Assembly (NCBI GenBank): GCA_032718475.1
Contig: JAUCBJ010000742.1
Location: forward strand, 62,001-126,000
Source of the DNA: Nemertoderma westbladi
Lineage: Eukaryota; Animalia; Xenacoelomorpha
Length of the DNA stretch: 64,000 bases
Reading direction: 5' to 3'
Positions 31,935 through 46,900 of the stretch are shown one piece after another. The translations under genes and the position numbers were made by a program. Under the pieces are notes generated by a model. That model did no database searches and was not told the DNA's origin. It worked only from the letters and a program-made list of their open reading frames with translations. Positions within the stretch are counted from its first letter, which is position 1. Every line of letters begins with the position of its first letter.

Positions 31935-34900
31935 GGACAGGTGAGATATTGGTAAACTACAACCCAGGACAGGTGAGATATTGGTAAACTACAACCCAGG
32001 ACAGGTGAGATATTGCGAAAATACAACCAGGACAGGTGAGATATTGGGAAACTACAACCAGGACAGGTGAGATATTGGGAAACTACAACCAGGACAGGTG
32101 AGATATTGGGAAAATACAACCAGGACAGGTGAGATATTGGGAAACTACAAACCAGGACAGGTGAGATATTGGGAAAATACAACCAGGACAGGTGAGATAT
32201 TGGTAAACTACAAACCAGGACAGGTGAGATATTGGGAAAATACAACCAGGACAGGTGAGATATTGGGAAACTACAACCCAGGACAGGTGAGATATTGGGA
32301 AACTACAACCCAGGACAGGTGAGATATTGGGAAAATACAACCAGGACAGGTGAGATATTGGGAAAATACAACCAGGACAGGTGAGATATTGGGAAACTAC
32401 AACCCAGGACAGGTGAGATATTGGTAAACTACAACCCAGGACAGGTGAGATATTGGGAAAATACAACCAGGACAGGTGAGATATTGGGAAACTACAACCC
32501 AGGACAGGTGAGATATTGGGAAACTACAACCAGGACAGGTGAGATATTGGGAAAATACAACCAGGACAGGTGAGATATTGGTAAACTACAACCCAGGACA
32601 GGTGAGATATTGGGAAAATACAACCAGGACAGGTGAGATATTGGTAAACTACAACCCAGGACAGGTGAGATATTGGGAAACTACAAACCAGGACAGGTGA
32701 GATATTGGGAAAATACAACCAGGACAGGTGAGATATTGGGAAACTACAACCCAGGACAGGTGAGATATTGGGAAAATACAACCAGGACAGGTGAGATATT
32801 GGTAAACTACAACCCAGGACAGGTGAGATATTGGTAAACTACAACCAGGACAGGTGAGATATTGGGAAAATACAACCAGGACAGGTGAGATATTGGGAAA
32901 CTACAAACCAGGACAGGTGAGATATTGGGAAAATACAACCCAGGACAGGTGAGATATTGGGAAACTACAAACCAGGACAGGTGAGATATTGGGAAAATAC
33001 AACCAGGACAGGTGAGATATTGGGAAACTACAACCAGGACAGGTGAGATATTGGGAAAATACAACCAGGACAGGTGAGATATTGGGAAACTACAAACCAG
33101 GACAGGTGAGATATTGGGAAAATACAACCAGGACAGGTGAGATATTGGTAAACTACAACCCAGGACAGGTGAGATATTGGGAAAATACAACCCAGGACAG
33201 GTGAGATATTGGGAAAATACAACCAGGACAGGTGAGATATTGGTAAACTACAACCCAGGACAGGTGAGATATTGGTAAACTACAAACCAGGACAGGTGAG
33301 ATATTGGGAAAATACAACCAGGACAGGTGAGATATTGGTAAACTACAACCCAGGACAGGTGAGATATTGGGAAACTACAACCCAGTACAGGTGAGATATT
33401 GGGAAACTACAACCAGGACAGGTGAGATATTGGGAAAATACAACCAGGACAGGTGAGATATTGGGAAACTACAAACCAGGACAGGTGAGATATTGGGAAA
33501 ATACAACCAGGACAGGTGAGATATTGGTAAACTACAACCCAGGACAGGTGAGATATTGGTAAACTACAAACCAGGACAGGTGAGATATTGGGAAAATACA
33601 ACCAGGACAGGTGAGATATTGGGAAACTACAAACCAGGACAGGTGAGATATTGGGAAAATACAACCCAGGACAGGTGAGATATTGGGAAACTACAAACCA
33701 GGACAGGTGAGATATTGGGAAAATACAACCAGGACAGGTGAGATATTGGGAAACTACAAACCAGGACAGGTGAGATATTGGGAAAATACAACCAGGACAG
33801 GTGAGATATTGGGAAACTACAAACCAGGACAGGTGAGATATTGGGAAAATACAACCAGGACAGGTGAGATATTGGTAAACTACAAACCAGGACAGGTGAG
33901 ATATTGGGAAAATACAACCCAGGACAGGTGAGATATTGGGAAAATACAACCAGGACAGGTGAGATATTGGTAAACTACAACCCAGGACAGGTGAGATATT
34001 GGTAAACTACAAACCAGGACAGGTGAGATATTGGGAAAATACAACCAGGACAGGTGAGATATTGGTAAACTACAACCCAGGACAGGTGAGATATTGGGAA
34101 ACTACAACCCAGTACAGGTGAGATATTGGGAAAATACAACCAGGACAGGTGAGATATTGGGAAAATACAACCAGGACAGGTGAGATATTGGGAAACTACA
34201 ACCCAGGACAGGTGAGATATTGGTAAACTACAACCCAGGACAGGTGAGATATTGGGAAAATACAACCAGGACAGGTGAGATATTGGGAAACTACAACCCA
34301 GGACAGGTGAGATATTGGGAAAATACAACCAGGACAGGTGAGATATTGGTAAACTACAACCAGGACAGGTGAGATATTGGGAAACTACAACCCAGTACAG
34401 GTGAGATATTGGGAAACTACAACCCAGGGCAGGTGAGATATTGGGAAAATACAACCAGGACAGGTGAGATATTGGTAAACTACAACCCAGGACAGGTGAG
34501 ATATTGGTAAACTACAACCCAGGACAGGTGAGATATTGGGAAAATACAACCCAGGGCAGGTGAGATATTGGGAAAATACAACCAGGACAGGTGAGATATT
34601 GGTAAACTACAACCCAGGACAGGTGAGATATTGGGAAACTACAACCCAGGACAGGTGAGATATTGGGAAAATACAACCAGGACAGGTGAGATATTGGTAA
34701 ACTACAACCAGGACAGGTGAGATATTGGGAAACTACAACCCAGTACAGGTGAGATATTGGGAAACTACAACCCAGGGCAGGTGAGATATTGGGAAAATAC
34801 AACCAGGACAGGTGAGATATTGGTAAACTACAACCCAGGACAGGTGAGATATTGGGAAAATACAACCAGGACAGGTGAGATATTGGTAAACTACAACCAG

Positions 34901-37900
34901 GACAGGTGAGATATTGGGAAACTACAACCCAGTACAGGTGAGATATTGGGAAACTACAACCCAGGGCAGGTGAGATATTGGGAAAATACAACCAGGACAG
35001 GTGAGATATTGGTAAACTACAACCAGGACAGGTGAGATATTGGGAAACTACAACCCAGGGCAGGTGAGATATTGGGAAAATACAACCAGGACAGGTGAGA
35101 TATTGGTAAACTACAACCAGGACAGGTGAGATATTGGGAAACTACAACCCAGGGCAGGTGAGATATTGGGAAAATACAACCAGGACAGGTGAGATATTGG
35201 TAAACTACAACCAGGACAGGTGAGATATTGGGAAACTACAACCCAGTACAGGTGAGATATTGGGAAACTACAACCCAGGGCAGGTGAGATATTGGGAAAA
35301 TACAACCAGGACAGGTGAGATATTGGTAAACTACAACCCAGGACAGGTGAGATATTGGGAAAATACAACCAGGACAGGTGAGATATTGGTAAACTACAAC
35401 CAGGACAGGTGAGATATTGGGAAACTACAACCCAGTACAGGTGAGATATTGGGAAACTACAACCCAGGGCAGGTGAGATATTGGGAAAATACAACCAGGA
35501 CAGGTGAGATATTGGTAAACTACAACCCAGGACAGGTGAGATATTGGTAAACTACAACCCAGGACAGGTGAGATATTGGTAAACTACAACCCAGGACAGG
35601 TGAGATATTGGGAAACTACAACCCAGGACAGGTGAGATATTGGGAAAATACAACCAGGACAGGTGAGATATTGGTAAACTACAACCAGGACAGGTGAGAT
35701 ATTGGGAAACTACAACCCAGGGCAGGTGAGATATTGGGAAAATACAACCAGGACAGGTGAGATATTGGTAAACTACAACCCAGGACAGGTGAGATATTGG
35801 TAAACTACAACCCAGGACAGGTGAGATATTGGGAAAATACAACCAGGACAGGTGAGATATTGGTAAACTACAACCCAGGACAGGTGAGATATTGGTAAAC
35901 TACAACCAGGACAGGTGAGATATTGGGAAACTACAACCCAGGACAGGTGAGATATTGGGAAAATACAACCAGGACAGGTGAGATATTGGTAAACTACAAC
36001 CAGGACAGGTGAGATATTGGGAAACTACAACCCAGTACAGGTGAGATATTGGGAAACTACAACCCAGGGCAGGTGAGATATTGGTAAACTACAACCCAGG
36101 ACAGGTGAGATATTGGGAAAATACAACCAGGACAGGTGAGATATTGGTAAACTACAACCAGGACAGGTGAGATATTGGGAAACTACAACCCAGTACAGGT
36201 GAGATATTGGGAAACTACAACCCAGGGCAGGTGAGATATTGGTAAACTACAACCCAGGACAGGTGAGATATTGGGAAAATACAACCAGGACAGGTGAGAT
36301 ATTGGGAAACTACAACCCAGGACAGGTGAGATATTGGGAAAATACAACCAGGACAGGTGAGATATTGGTAAACTACAACCAGGACAGGTGAGATATTGGG
36401 AAACTACAACCAGGACAGGTGAGATATTGGGAAACTACAACCCAGTACAGGTGAGATATTGGGAAACTACAACCCAGGGCAGGTGAGATATTGGTAAACT
36501 ACAACCCAGGACAGGTGAGATATTGGGAAAATACAACCAGGACAGGTGAGATATTGGTAAACTACAACCAGGACAGGTGAGATATTGGGAAACTACAACC
36601 CAGTACAGGTGAGATATTGGGAAACTACAACCCAGGGCAGGTGAGATATTGGTAAACTACAACCCAGGACAGGTGAGATATTGGGAAAATACAACCAGGA
36701 CAGGTGAGATATTGGTAAACTACAACCAGGACAGGTGAGATATTGGGAAACTACAACCCAGTACAGGTGAGATATTGGGAAACTACAACCCAGGGCAGGT
36801 GAGATATTGGTAAACTACAACCCAGGACAGGTGAGATATTGGTAAACTACAACCCAGGACAGGTGAGATATTGGGAAACTACAACCAGGACAGGTGAGAT
36901 ATTGGGAAAATACAACCAGGACAGGTGAGATATTGGGAAAATACAACCAGGACAGGTGAGATATTGGTAAACTACAACCCAGGACAGGTGAGATATTGGT
37001 AAACTACAACCCAGGACAGGTGAGATATTGGTAAACTACAACCCAGGGCAGGTGAGATATTGGTAAACTACAACCCAGGACAGGTGAGATATTGGTAAAC
37101 TACAACCCAGGACAGGTGAGATATTGCGAAAATACAACCCAGGACAGGTGAGATATTGCGAAAATACAACCAGGACAGGTGAGATATTGGTAAACTACAA
37201 CCCAGGACAGGTGAGATATTGGTAAACTACAACCCAGGACAGGTGAGATATTGGTAAACTACAACCCAGGACAGGTGAGATATTGGTAAACTACAACCCA
37301 GGGCAGGTGAGATATTGGTAAACTACAACCCAGGACAGGTGAGATATTGGTAAACTACAACCCAGGGCAGGTGAGATATTGGTAAACTACAACCCAGGAC
37401 AGGTGAGATATTGGTAAACTACAACCCAGGACAGGTGAGATATTGGTAAACTACAACCCAAGACAGGTGAGATATTGCGAAAATACAACCCAGGATAGGT
37501 GAGATATTGGTAAACTACAACCCAGGACAGGTGAGATATTGGTAAACTACAACCCAGGACAGGTGAGATATTGGTAAACTACAACCCAGGACAGGTGAGA
37601 TATTGGTAAACTACAACCCAGGACAGGTGAGATATTGGTAAACTACAACCCAGGGCAGGTGAGATATTGGTAAACTACAACCCAGGACAGGTGAGATATT
37701 GGTAAACTACAACCCAGGACAGGTGAGATATTGCGAAAATACAACCCAGGACAGGTGAGATATTGCGAAAATACAACCAGGACAGGTGAGATATTGGTAA
37801 ACTACAACCCAGGACAGGTGAGATATTGGTAAACTACAACCCAGGACAGGTGAGATATTGGTAAACTACAACCCAGGACAGGTGAGATATTGGTAAACTA

Positions 37901-40900
37901 CAACCCAGGGCAGGTGAGATATTGGTAAACTACAACCCAGGACAGGTGAGATATTGGTAAACTACAACCCAGGGCAGGTGAGATATTGGTAAACTACAAC
38001 CCAGGACAGGTGAGATATTGGTAAACTACAACCCAGGACAGGTGAGATATTGGTAAACTACAACCCAAGACAGGTGAGATATTGCGAAAATACAACCCAG
38101 GATAGGTGAGATATTGGTAAACTACAACCCAGGACAGGTGAGATATTGGTAAACTACAACCCAGGACAGGTGAGATATTGGTAAACTACAACCCAGGACA
38201 GGTGAGATATTGGTAAACTACAACCCAGGACAGGTGAGATATTGGTAAACTACAACCCAGGACAGGTGAGATATTGGTAAACTACAACCCAGGACAGGTG
38301 AGATATTGGTAAACTACAACCCAGGACAGGTGAGATATTGGTAAACTACAACCCAGGACAGGTGAGATATTGGTAAACTACAACCCAGGGCAGGTGAGAT
38401 ATTGCGAAAATACAACCCAGGATAGGTGAGATATTGGTAAACTACAACCCAGGACAGGTGAGATATTGGTAAACTACAACCCAGGACAGGTGAGATATTG
38501 GTAAACTACAACCCAGGACAGGTGAGATATTGGTAAACTACAACCCAGGACAGGTGAGATATTGGTAAACTACAACCCAAGACAGGTGAGATATTGCGAA
38601 AATACAACCCAGGATAGGTGAGATATTGGTAAACTACAACCCAGGACAGGTGAGATATTGGTAAACTACAACCCAGGACAGGTGAGATATTGGTAAACTA
38701 CAACCCAGGACAGGTGAGATATTGGTAAACTACAACCCAGGGCAGGTGAGATATTGCGAAAATACAACCCAGGATAGGTGAGATATTGGTAAACTACAAC
38801 CCAGGACAGGTGAGATATTGGTAAACTACAACCCAGGACAGGTGAGATATTGGTAAACTACAACCCAGGACAGGTGAGATATTGGTAAACTACAACCCAG
38901 GACAGGTGAGATATTGGGAAAATACAACCAGGACAGGTGAGATATTGGTAAACTACAACCAGGACAGGTGAGATATTGGGAAACTACAACCAGGACAGGT
39001 GAGATATTGGTAAACTACAACCAGGACAGGTGAGATATTGGGAAACTACAACCCAGGGCAGGTGAGATATTGGTAAACTACAACCCAGGACAGGTGAGAT
39101 ATTGGGAAAATACAACCAGGACAGGTGAGATATTGGTAAACTACAACCAGGACAGGTGAGATATTGGGAAACTACAACCCAGTACAGGTGAGATATTGGG
39201 AAACTACAACCCAGGGCAGGTGAGATATTGGTAAACTACAACCCAGGACAGGTGAGATATTGGTAAACTACAACCCAGGACAGGTGAGATATTGGGAAAA
39301 TACAACCAGGACAGGTGAGATATTGGGAAAATACAACCAGGACAGGTGAGATATTGGGAAAATACAACCAGGACAGGTGAGATATTGGTAAACTACAACC
39401 CAGGACAGGTGAGATATTGGTAAACTACAACCCAGGACAGGTGAGATATTGGTAAACTACAACCCAGGGCAGGTGAGATATTGGTAAACTACAACCCAGG
39501 ACAGGTGAGATATTGGTAAACTACAACCCAGGGCAGGTGAGATATTGGTAAACTACAACCCAGGACAGGTGAGATATTGGTAAACTACAACCCAGGACAG
39601 GTGAGATATTGGTAAACTACAACCCAGGGCAGGTGAGATATTGCGAAAATACAACCCAGGATAGGTGAGATATTGGTAAACTACAACCCAGGACAGGTGA
39701 GATATTGGTAAACTACAACCCAGGACAGGTGAGATATTGGTAAACTACAACCCAGGACAGGTGAGATATTGGTAAACTACAACCAGGACAGGTGAGATAT
39801 TGGTAAACTACAACCCAGGACAGGTGAGATATTGGTAAACTACAACCCAGGACAGGTGAGATATTGCGAAAATACAACCCAGGATAGGTGAGATATTGGT
39901 AAACTACAACCCAGGAGAGGTGAGATATTGGTAAACTACAACCCAGGACAGGTGAGATATTGGTAAACTACAACCCAGGAGAGGTGAGATATTGGTAAAC
40001 TACAACCCAGGACAGGTGAGATATTGGTAAACTACAACCCAGGACAGGTGAGATATTGGGAAACTACAACCCAGGACAGGTGAGATATTGGTAAACTACA
40101 ACCCAGGACAGGTGAGATATTGGGAAAATACAACCAGGACAGGTGAGATATTGGGAAACTACAACCAGGACAGGTGAGATATTGGGAAAATACAACCGAG
40201 GACAGGTGAGATATTGGGAAAATACAACCAGGACAGGTGAGATATTGGTAAACTACAACCCAGGGCAGGTGAGATATTGGGAAACTACAACCCAGGACAG
40301 GTGAGATATTGGTAAACTACAACCCAGGACAGGTGAGATATTGGGAAACTACAACCCAGGACAGGTGAGATATTGGTAAACTACAACCCAGGACAGGTGA
40401 GATATTGGGAAAATACAACCAGGACAGGTGAGATATTGGTAAACTACAACCCAGGACAGGTGAGATATTGGTAAACTACAACCCAGGACAGGTGAGATAT
40501 TGGTAAACTACAACCCAGGACAGGTGAGATATTGGGAAAATACAACCGAGGACAGGTGAGATATTGGGAAAATACAACCCAGGGCAGGTGAGATATTGGG
40601 AAACTACAACCCAGGACAGGTGAGATATTGGTAAACTACAACCCAGGACAGGTGAGATATTGGGAAAATACAACCAGGACAGGTGAGATATTGGTAAACT
40701 ACAACCCAGGACAGGTGAGATATTGGTAAACTACAACCCAGGACAGGTGAGATATTGGTAAACTACAACCCAGGACAGGTGAGATATTGGTAAACTACAA
40801 CCCAGGACAGGTGAGATATTGGGAAAATACAACCAGGACAGGTGAGATATTGGGAAACTACAACCAGGACAGGTGAGATATTGGTAAACTACAACCAGGA

Positions 40901-43900
40901 CAGGTGAGATATTGGTAAACTACAACCCAGGACAGGTGAGATATTGGTAAACTACAACCCAGGACAGGTGAGATATTGCGAAAATACAACCCAGGACAGG
41001 TGAGATATTGCGAAAAAACAACCCAGGGCAGGTGAGATATTGGTAAACTACAACCCAGGACAGGTGAGATATTGGTAAACTACAACCCAGGACAGGTGAG
41101 ATATTGGTAAACTACAACCCAGGACAGGTGAGATATTGGTAAACTACAACCCAGGACAGGTGAGATATTGCGAAAATACAACCCAGGACAGGTGAGATAT
41201 TGCGAAAAAACAACCCAGGGCAGGTGAGATATTGGTAAACTACAACCCAGGGCAGGTGAGATATTGGTAAACTACAACCCAAGACAGGTGAGATATTGGG
41301 AAAATACAACCAGGACAGGTGAGATATTGGTAAACTACAACCCAGGGTAGGTGAGATATTGGTAAACTACAACCCAGGACAGGTGAGATATTGGTAAACT
41401 ACAAACCAGGACAGGTGAGATATTGGTAAACTACAACCCAGGACAGGTGAGATATTGGGAAACTACAACCCAGGACAGGTGAGATATTGGTAAACTACAA
41501 CCCAGGACAGGTGAGATATTGCGAAAATACAACCCAGGACAGGTGAGATATTGGTAAACTACAACCCAGGGCAGGTGAGATATTGGTAAACTACAACCCA
41601 GGACAGGTGAGATATTGGTAAACTACAACCCAGGACAGGTGAGATATTGGGAAAATACAACCCAGGACAGGTGAGATATTGGTAAACTACAACCCAGGAC
41701 AGGTGAGATATTGGGAAAATACAACCAGGACAGGTGAGATATTGGGAAAATACAACCAGGACAGGTGAGATATTGGTAAACTACAACCCAGGACAGGTGA
41801 GATATTGGGAAACTACAACCCAGGACAGGTGAGATATTGGTAAACTACAACCCAGGACAGGTGAGATATTGGTAAACTACAACCCAGGACAGGTGAGATA
41901 TTGGGAAATTACAACCTAAGGACAGGTGAGATATTGGTAAACTACAACCCAGGGCAGGTGAGATATTGCGAAAATACAACCAGGACAGGTGAGATATTGG
42001 TAAACTACAACCCAGGACAGGTGAGATATTGGTAAACTACAACCCAGGACAGGTGAGATATTGGGAAATTACAACCTAAGGACAGGTGAGATATTGGTAA
42101 ACTACAACCCAGGGCAGGTGAGATATTGCGAAAATACAACCAGGACAGGTGAGATATTGGTAAACTACAACCCAGGACAGGTGAGATATTGGTAAACTAC
42201 AACCCAGGACAGGTGAGATATTGGTAAACTACAACCCAGGACAGGTGAGATATTGGGAAAATACAACCAGGACAGGTGAGATATTGGGAAAATACAACCC
42301 AGGACAGGTGAGATATTGGGAAACTACAACCCAGGACAGGTGAGATATTGGTAAACTACAACCCAGGACAGGTGAGATATTGGTAAACTACAACCCAGGA
42401 CAGGTGAGATATTGGGAAATTACAACCTAAGGACAGGTGAGATATTGGTAAACTACAACCCAGGGCAGGTGAGATATTGGTAAACTACAACCCAGGACAG
42501 GTGAGATATTGGTAAACTACAACCCAGGACAGGTGAGATATTGGTAAACTACAACCCAGGACAGGTGAGATATTGGTAAACTACAACCCAGGGCAGGTGA
42601 GATATTGGTAAACTACAACCCAGGACAGGTGAGATATTGGTAAACTACAACCCAGGACAGGTGAGATATTGGTAAACTACAACCCAGGGCAGGTGAGATA
42701 TTGGTAAACTACAACCCAGGACAGGTGAGATATTGGGAAACTACAACCCAGGGCAGGTGAGATATTGGTAAACTACAACCCAGGACAGGTGAGATATTGC
42801 GAAAATACAACCCAGGACAGGTGAGATATTGGTAAACTACAACCCAGGACAGGTGAGATATTGGTAAACTACAACCCAGGACAGGTGAGATATTGCGAAA
42901 ATACAACCCAGGACAGGTGAGATATTGGTAAACTACAACCAGGACAGGTGAGATATTGGTAAACTACAACCCAGGGCAGGTGAGATATTGGTAAACTACA
43001 ACCAGGACAGGTGAGATATTGGTAAACTACAACCCAGGACAGGTGAGATATTGGTAAACTACAACCCAGGACAGGTGAGATATTGGTAAACTACAACCCA
43101 AGACAGGTGAGATATTGGTAAACTACAACCCAAGACAGGTGAGATAATGGTAAACTACAACCCAGGACAGGTGAGATATTGCGAAAATACAACCCAGGAC
43201 AGGTGAGATATTGGTAAACTACAACCAGGACAGGTGAGATATTGGTAAACTACAACCCAGGACAGGTGAGATATTGGTAAACTACAACCCAGGACAGGTG
43301 AGATATTGCGAAAATACAACCAGGACAGGTGAGATATTGCGAAAAAACAACCCAGGGCAGGTGAGATATTGGTAAACTACAACCCAGGGCAGGTGAGATA
43401 TTGGTAAACTACAACCCAAGACAGGTGAGATATTGGGAAAATACAACCAGGACAGGTGAGATATTGGTAAACTACAACCCAGGGTAGGTGAGATATTGGT
43501 AAACTACAACCCAGGACAGGTGAGATATTGGTAAACTACAAACCAGGACAGGTGAGATATTGGTAAACTACAACCCAGGACAGGTGAGATATTGGGAAAC
43601 TACAACCCAGGACAGGTGAGATATTGGTAAACTACAACCCAGGACAGGTGAGATATTGCGAAAATACAACCCAGGACAGGTGAGATATTGGTAAACTACA
43701 ACCTAGGACAGGTGAGATATTGGTAAACTACAACCGAGGACAGGTGAGATATTGGTAAACTACAACCCAGGACAGGTGAGATATTGCGAAAATACAACCC
43801 AGGACAGGTGAGATATTGGTAAACTACAACCCAGGACAGGTGAGATATTGCGAAAATACAACCCAGGACAGGTGAGATATTGGTAAACTACAACCAGGAC

Positions 43901-46900
43901 AGGTGAGATATTGGGAAACTACAACCCAGGACAGGTGAGATATTGGTAAACTACAACCCAGGACAGGTGAGATATTGCGAAAATACAACCCAGGACAGGT
44001 GAGATATTGGTAAACTACAACCAGGACAGGTGAGATATTGGTAAACTACAACCCAGGACAGGTGAGATATTGGTAAACTACAACCAGGACAGGTGAGATA
44101 TTGGTAAACTACAACCCAGGGCAGGTGAGATATTGGTAAACTACAACCAGGACAGGTGAGATATTGGTAAACTACAACCCAGGACAGGTGAGATATTGGT
44201 AAACTACAACCCAGGACAGGTGAGATATTGGTAAACTACAACCCAAGACAGGTGAGATATTGGTAAACTACAACCCAAGACAGGTGAGATAATGGTAAAC
44301 TACAACCCAGGGCAGGTGAGATATTGCGAAAATACAACCCAGGACAGGTGAGATATTGCGAAAATACAACCCAGGACAGGTGAGATATTGCGAAAAAACA
44401 ACCCAGGGCAGGTGAGATATTGGTAAACTACAACCCAGGACAGGTGAGATATTGGTAAACTACAACCCAGGACAGGTGAGATATTGGTAAACTACAACCC
44501 AGGACAGGTGAGATATTGGTAAACTACAACCCAGGACAGGTGAGATATTGGTAAACTACAACCCAGGACAGGTGAGATATTGGTAAACTACAACCCAGGA
44601 CAGGTGAGATATTGCGAAAATACAACCCAGGGCAGGTGAGATATTGGTAAACTACAACCCAGGACAGGTGAGATATTGCGAAAATACAACCAGGACAGGT
44701 GAGATATTGGTAAACTACAACCCAAGACAGGTGAGATATTGGGAAAATACAACCCAGGGCAGGTGAGATATTGGTAAACTACAACCCAGGGCAGGTGAGA
44801 TATTGCGAAAATACAACCCAGGACAGGTGAGATATTGGTAAACTACAACCCAAGACAGGTGAGATATTGGGAAAATACAACCAGGACAGGTGAGATATTG
44901 GTAAACTACAACCCAGGGTAGGTGAGATATTGGTAAACTACAACCCAGGACAGGTGAGATATTGGTAAACTACAAACCAGGACAGGTGAGATATTGGTAA
45001 ACTACAACCCAGGACAGGTGAGATATTGGGAAACTACAACCCAGGACAGGTGAGATATTGGTAAACTACAACCCAGGACAGGTGAGATATTGCGAAAATA
45101 CAACCCAGGACAGGTGAGATATTGGTAAACTACAACCCAGGACAGGTGAGATATTGCGAAAATACAACCAGGACAGGTGAGATATTGCGAAAATACAACC
45201 AGGACAGGTGAGATATTGGTAAACTACAACCCGGGACAGGTGAGATATTGGTAAACTACAACCCAGGACAGGTGAGATATTGGTAAACTACAACCCAGGA
45301 CAGGTGAGATATTGGTAAACTACAACCCAGGACAGGTGAGATATTGGTAAACTACAACCCAGGACAGGTGAGATATTGGTAAACTACAACCGAGGACAGG
45401 TGAGATATTGGTAAACTACAACCCAGGGCAGGTGAGATATTGGTAAACTACAACCCAGGACAGGTGAGATATTGGTAAACTACAACCCAGGACAGGTGAG
45501 ATATTGGTAAACTACAACCCAGGACAGGTGAGATATTGGTAAACTACAACCCAGGACAGGTGAGATATTGGTAAACTACAACCCAGGACAGGTGAGATAT
45601 TGCGAAAATACAACCCAGGACAGGTGAGATATTGGTAAACTACAACCCAGGACAGGTGAGATATTGCGAAAATACAACCCAGGGCAGGTGAGATATTGGT
45701 AAACTACAACCCAGGACAGGTGAGATATTGGTAAACTACAACCAGGACAGGTGAGATATTGGTAAACTACAACCAGGACAGGTGAGATATTGGTAAACTA
45801 CAACCTAGGACAGGTGAGATATTGGTAAACTACAACCCAGGACAGGTGAGATATTGGTAAACTACAACCCAGGACAGGTGAGATATTGGTAAACTACAAC
45901 CCAGGGCAGGTGAGATATTGCGAAAATACAACCAGGACAGGTGAGATATTGGTAAACTACAACCCAGGGCAGGTGAGATATTGGTAAACTACAACCCAGG
46001 GCAGGTGAGATATTGCGAAAATACAACCAGGACAGGTGAGATATTGGTAAACTACAACCCAGGACAGGTGAGATATTGGTAAACTACAAACCAGGACAGG
46101 TGAGATATTGGTAAACTACAACCCAGGACAGGTGAGATATTGCGAAAATACAACCAGGACAGGTGAGATATTGGTAAACTACAACCCAGGGCAGGTGAGA
46201 TATTGGTAAACTACAAACCAGGACAGGTGAGATATTGGTAAACTACAACCCAGGGCAGGTGAGATATTGGTAAACTACAACCCAGGGCAGGTGAGATATT
46301 GGTAAACTACAACCCAGGACAGGTGAGATATTGGTAAACTACAACCCAGGACAGGTGAGATATTGGTAAACTACAACCCAGGGCAGGTGAGATATTGGTA
46401 AACTACAACCCAGGACAGGTGAGATATTGGTAAACTACAACCCAGGACAGGTGAGATATTGGTAAACTACAACCCAGGACAGGTGAGATATTGGTAAACT
46501 ACAACCCAGGACAGGTGAGATATTGGTAAACTACAACCCAGGACAGGTGAGATATTGGTAAACTACAACCGGGACAGGTGAGATATTGCGAAAATACAAC
46601 CAGGACAGGTGAGATATTGGTAAACTACAACCCAGGACAGGTGAGATATTGGTAAACTACAACCCAGGACAGGTGAGATATTGGTAAACTACAACCCAGG
46701 ACAGGTGAGATATTGGTAAACTACAACCCAGGACAGGTGAGATATTGGTAAACTACAACCCAGGACAGGTGAGATATTGGTAAACTACAACCCAGGACAG
46801 GTGAGATATTGGTAAACTACAACCCAGGACAGGTGAGATATTGGTAAACTACAACCTAGGACAGGTGAGATATTGGTAAACTACAACCCAGGACAGGTGA

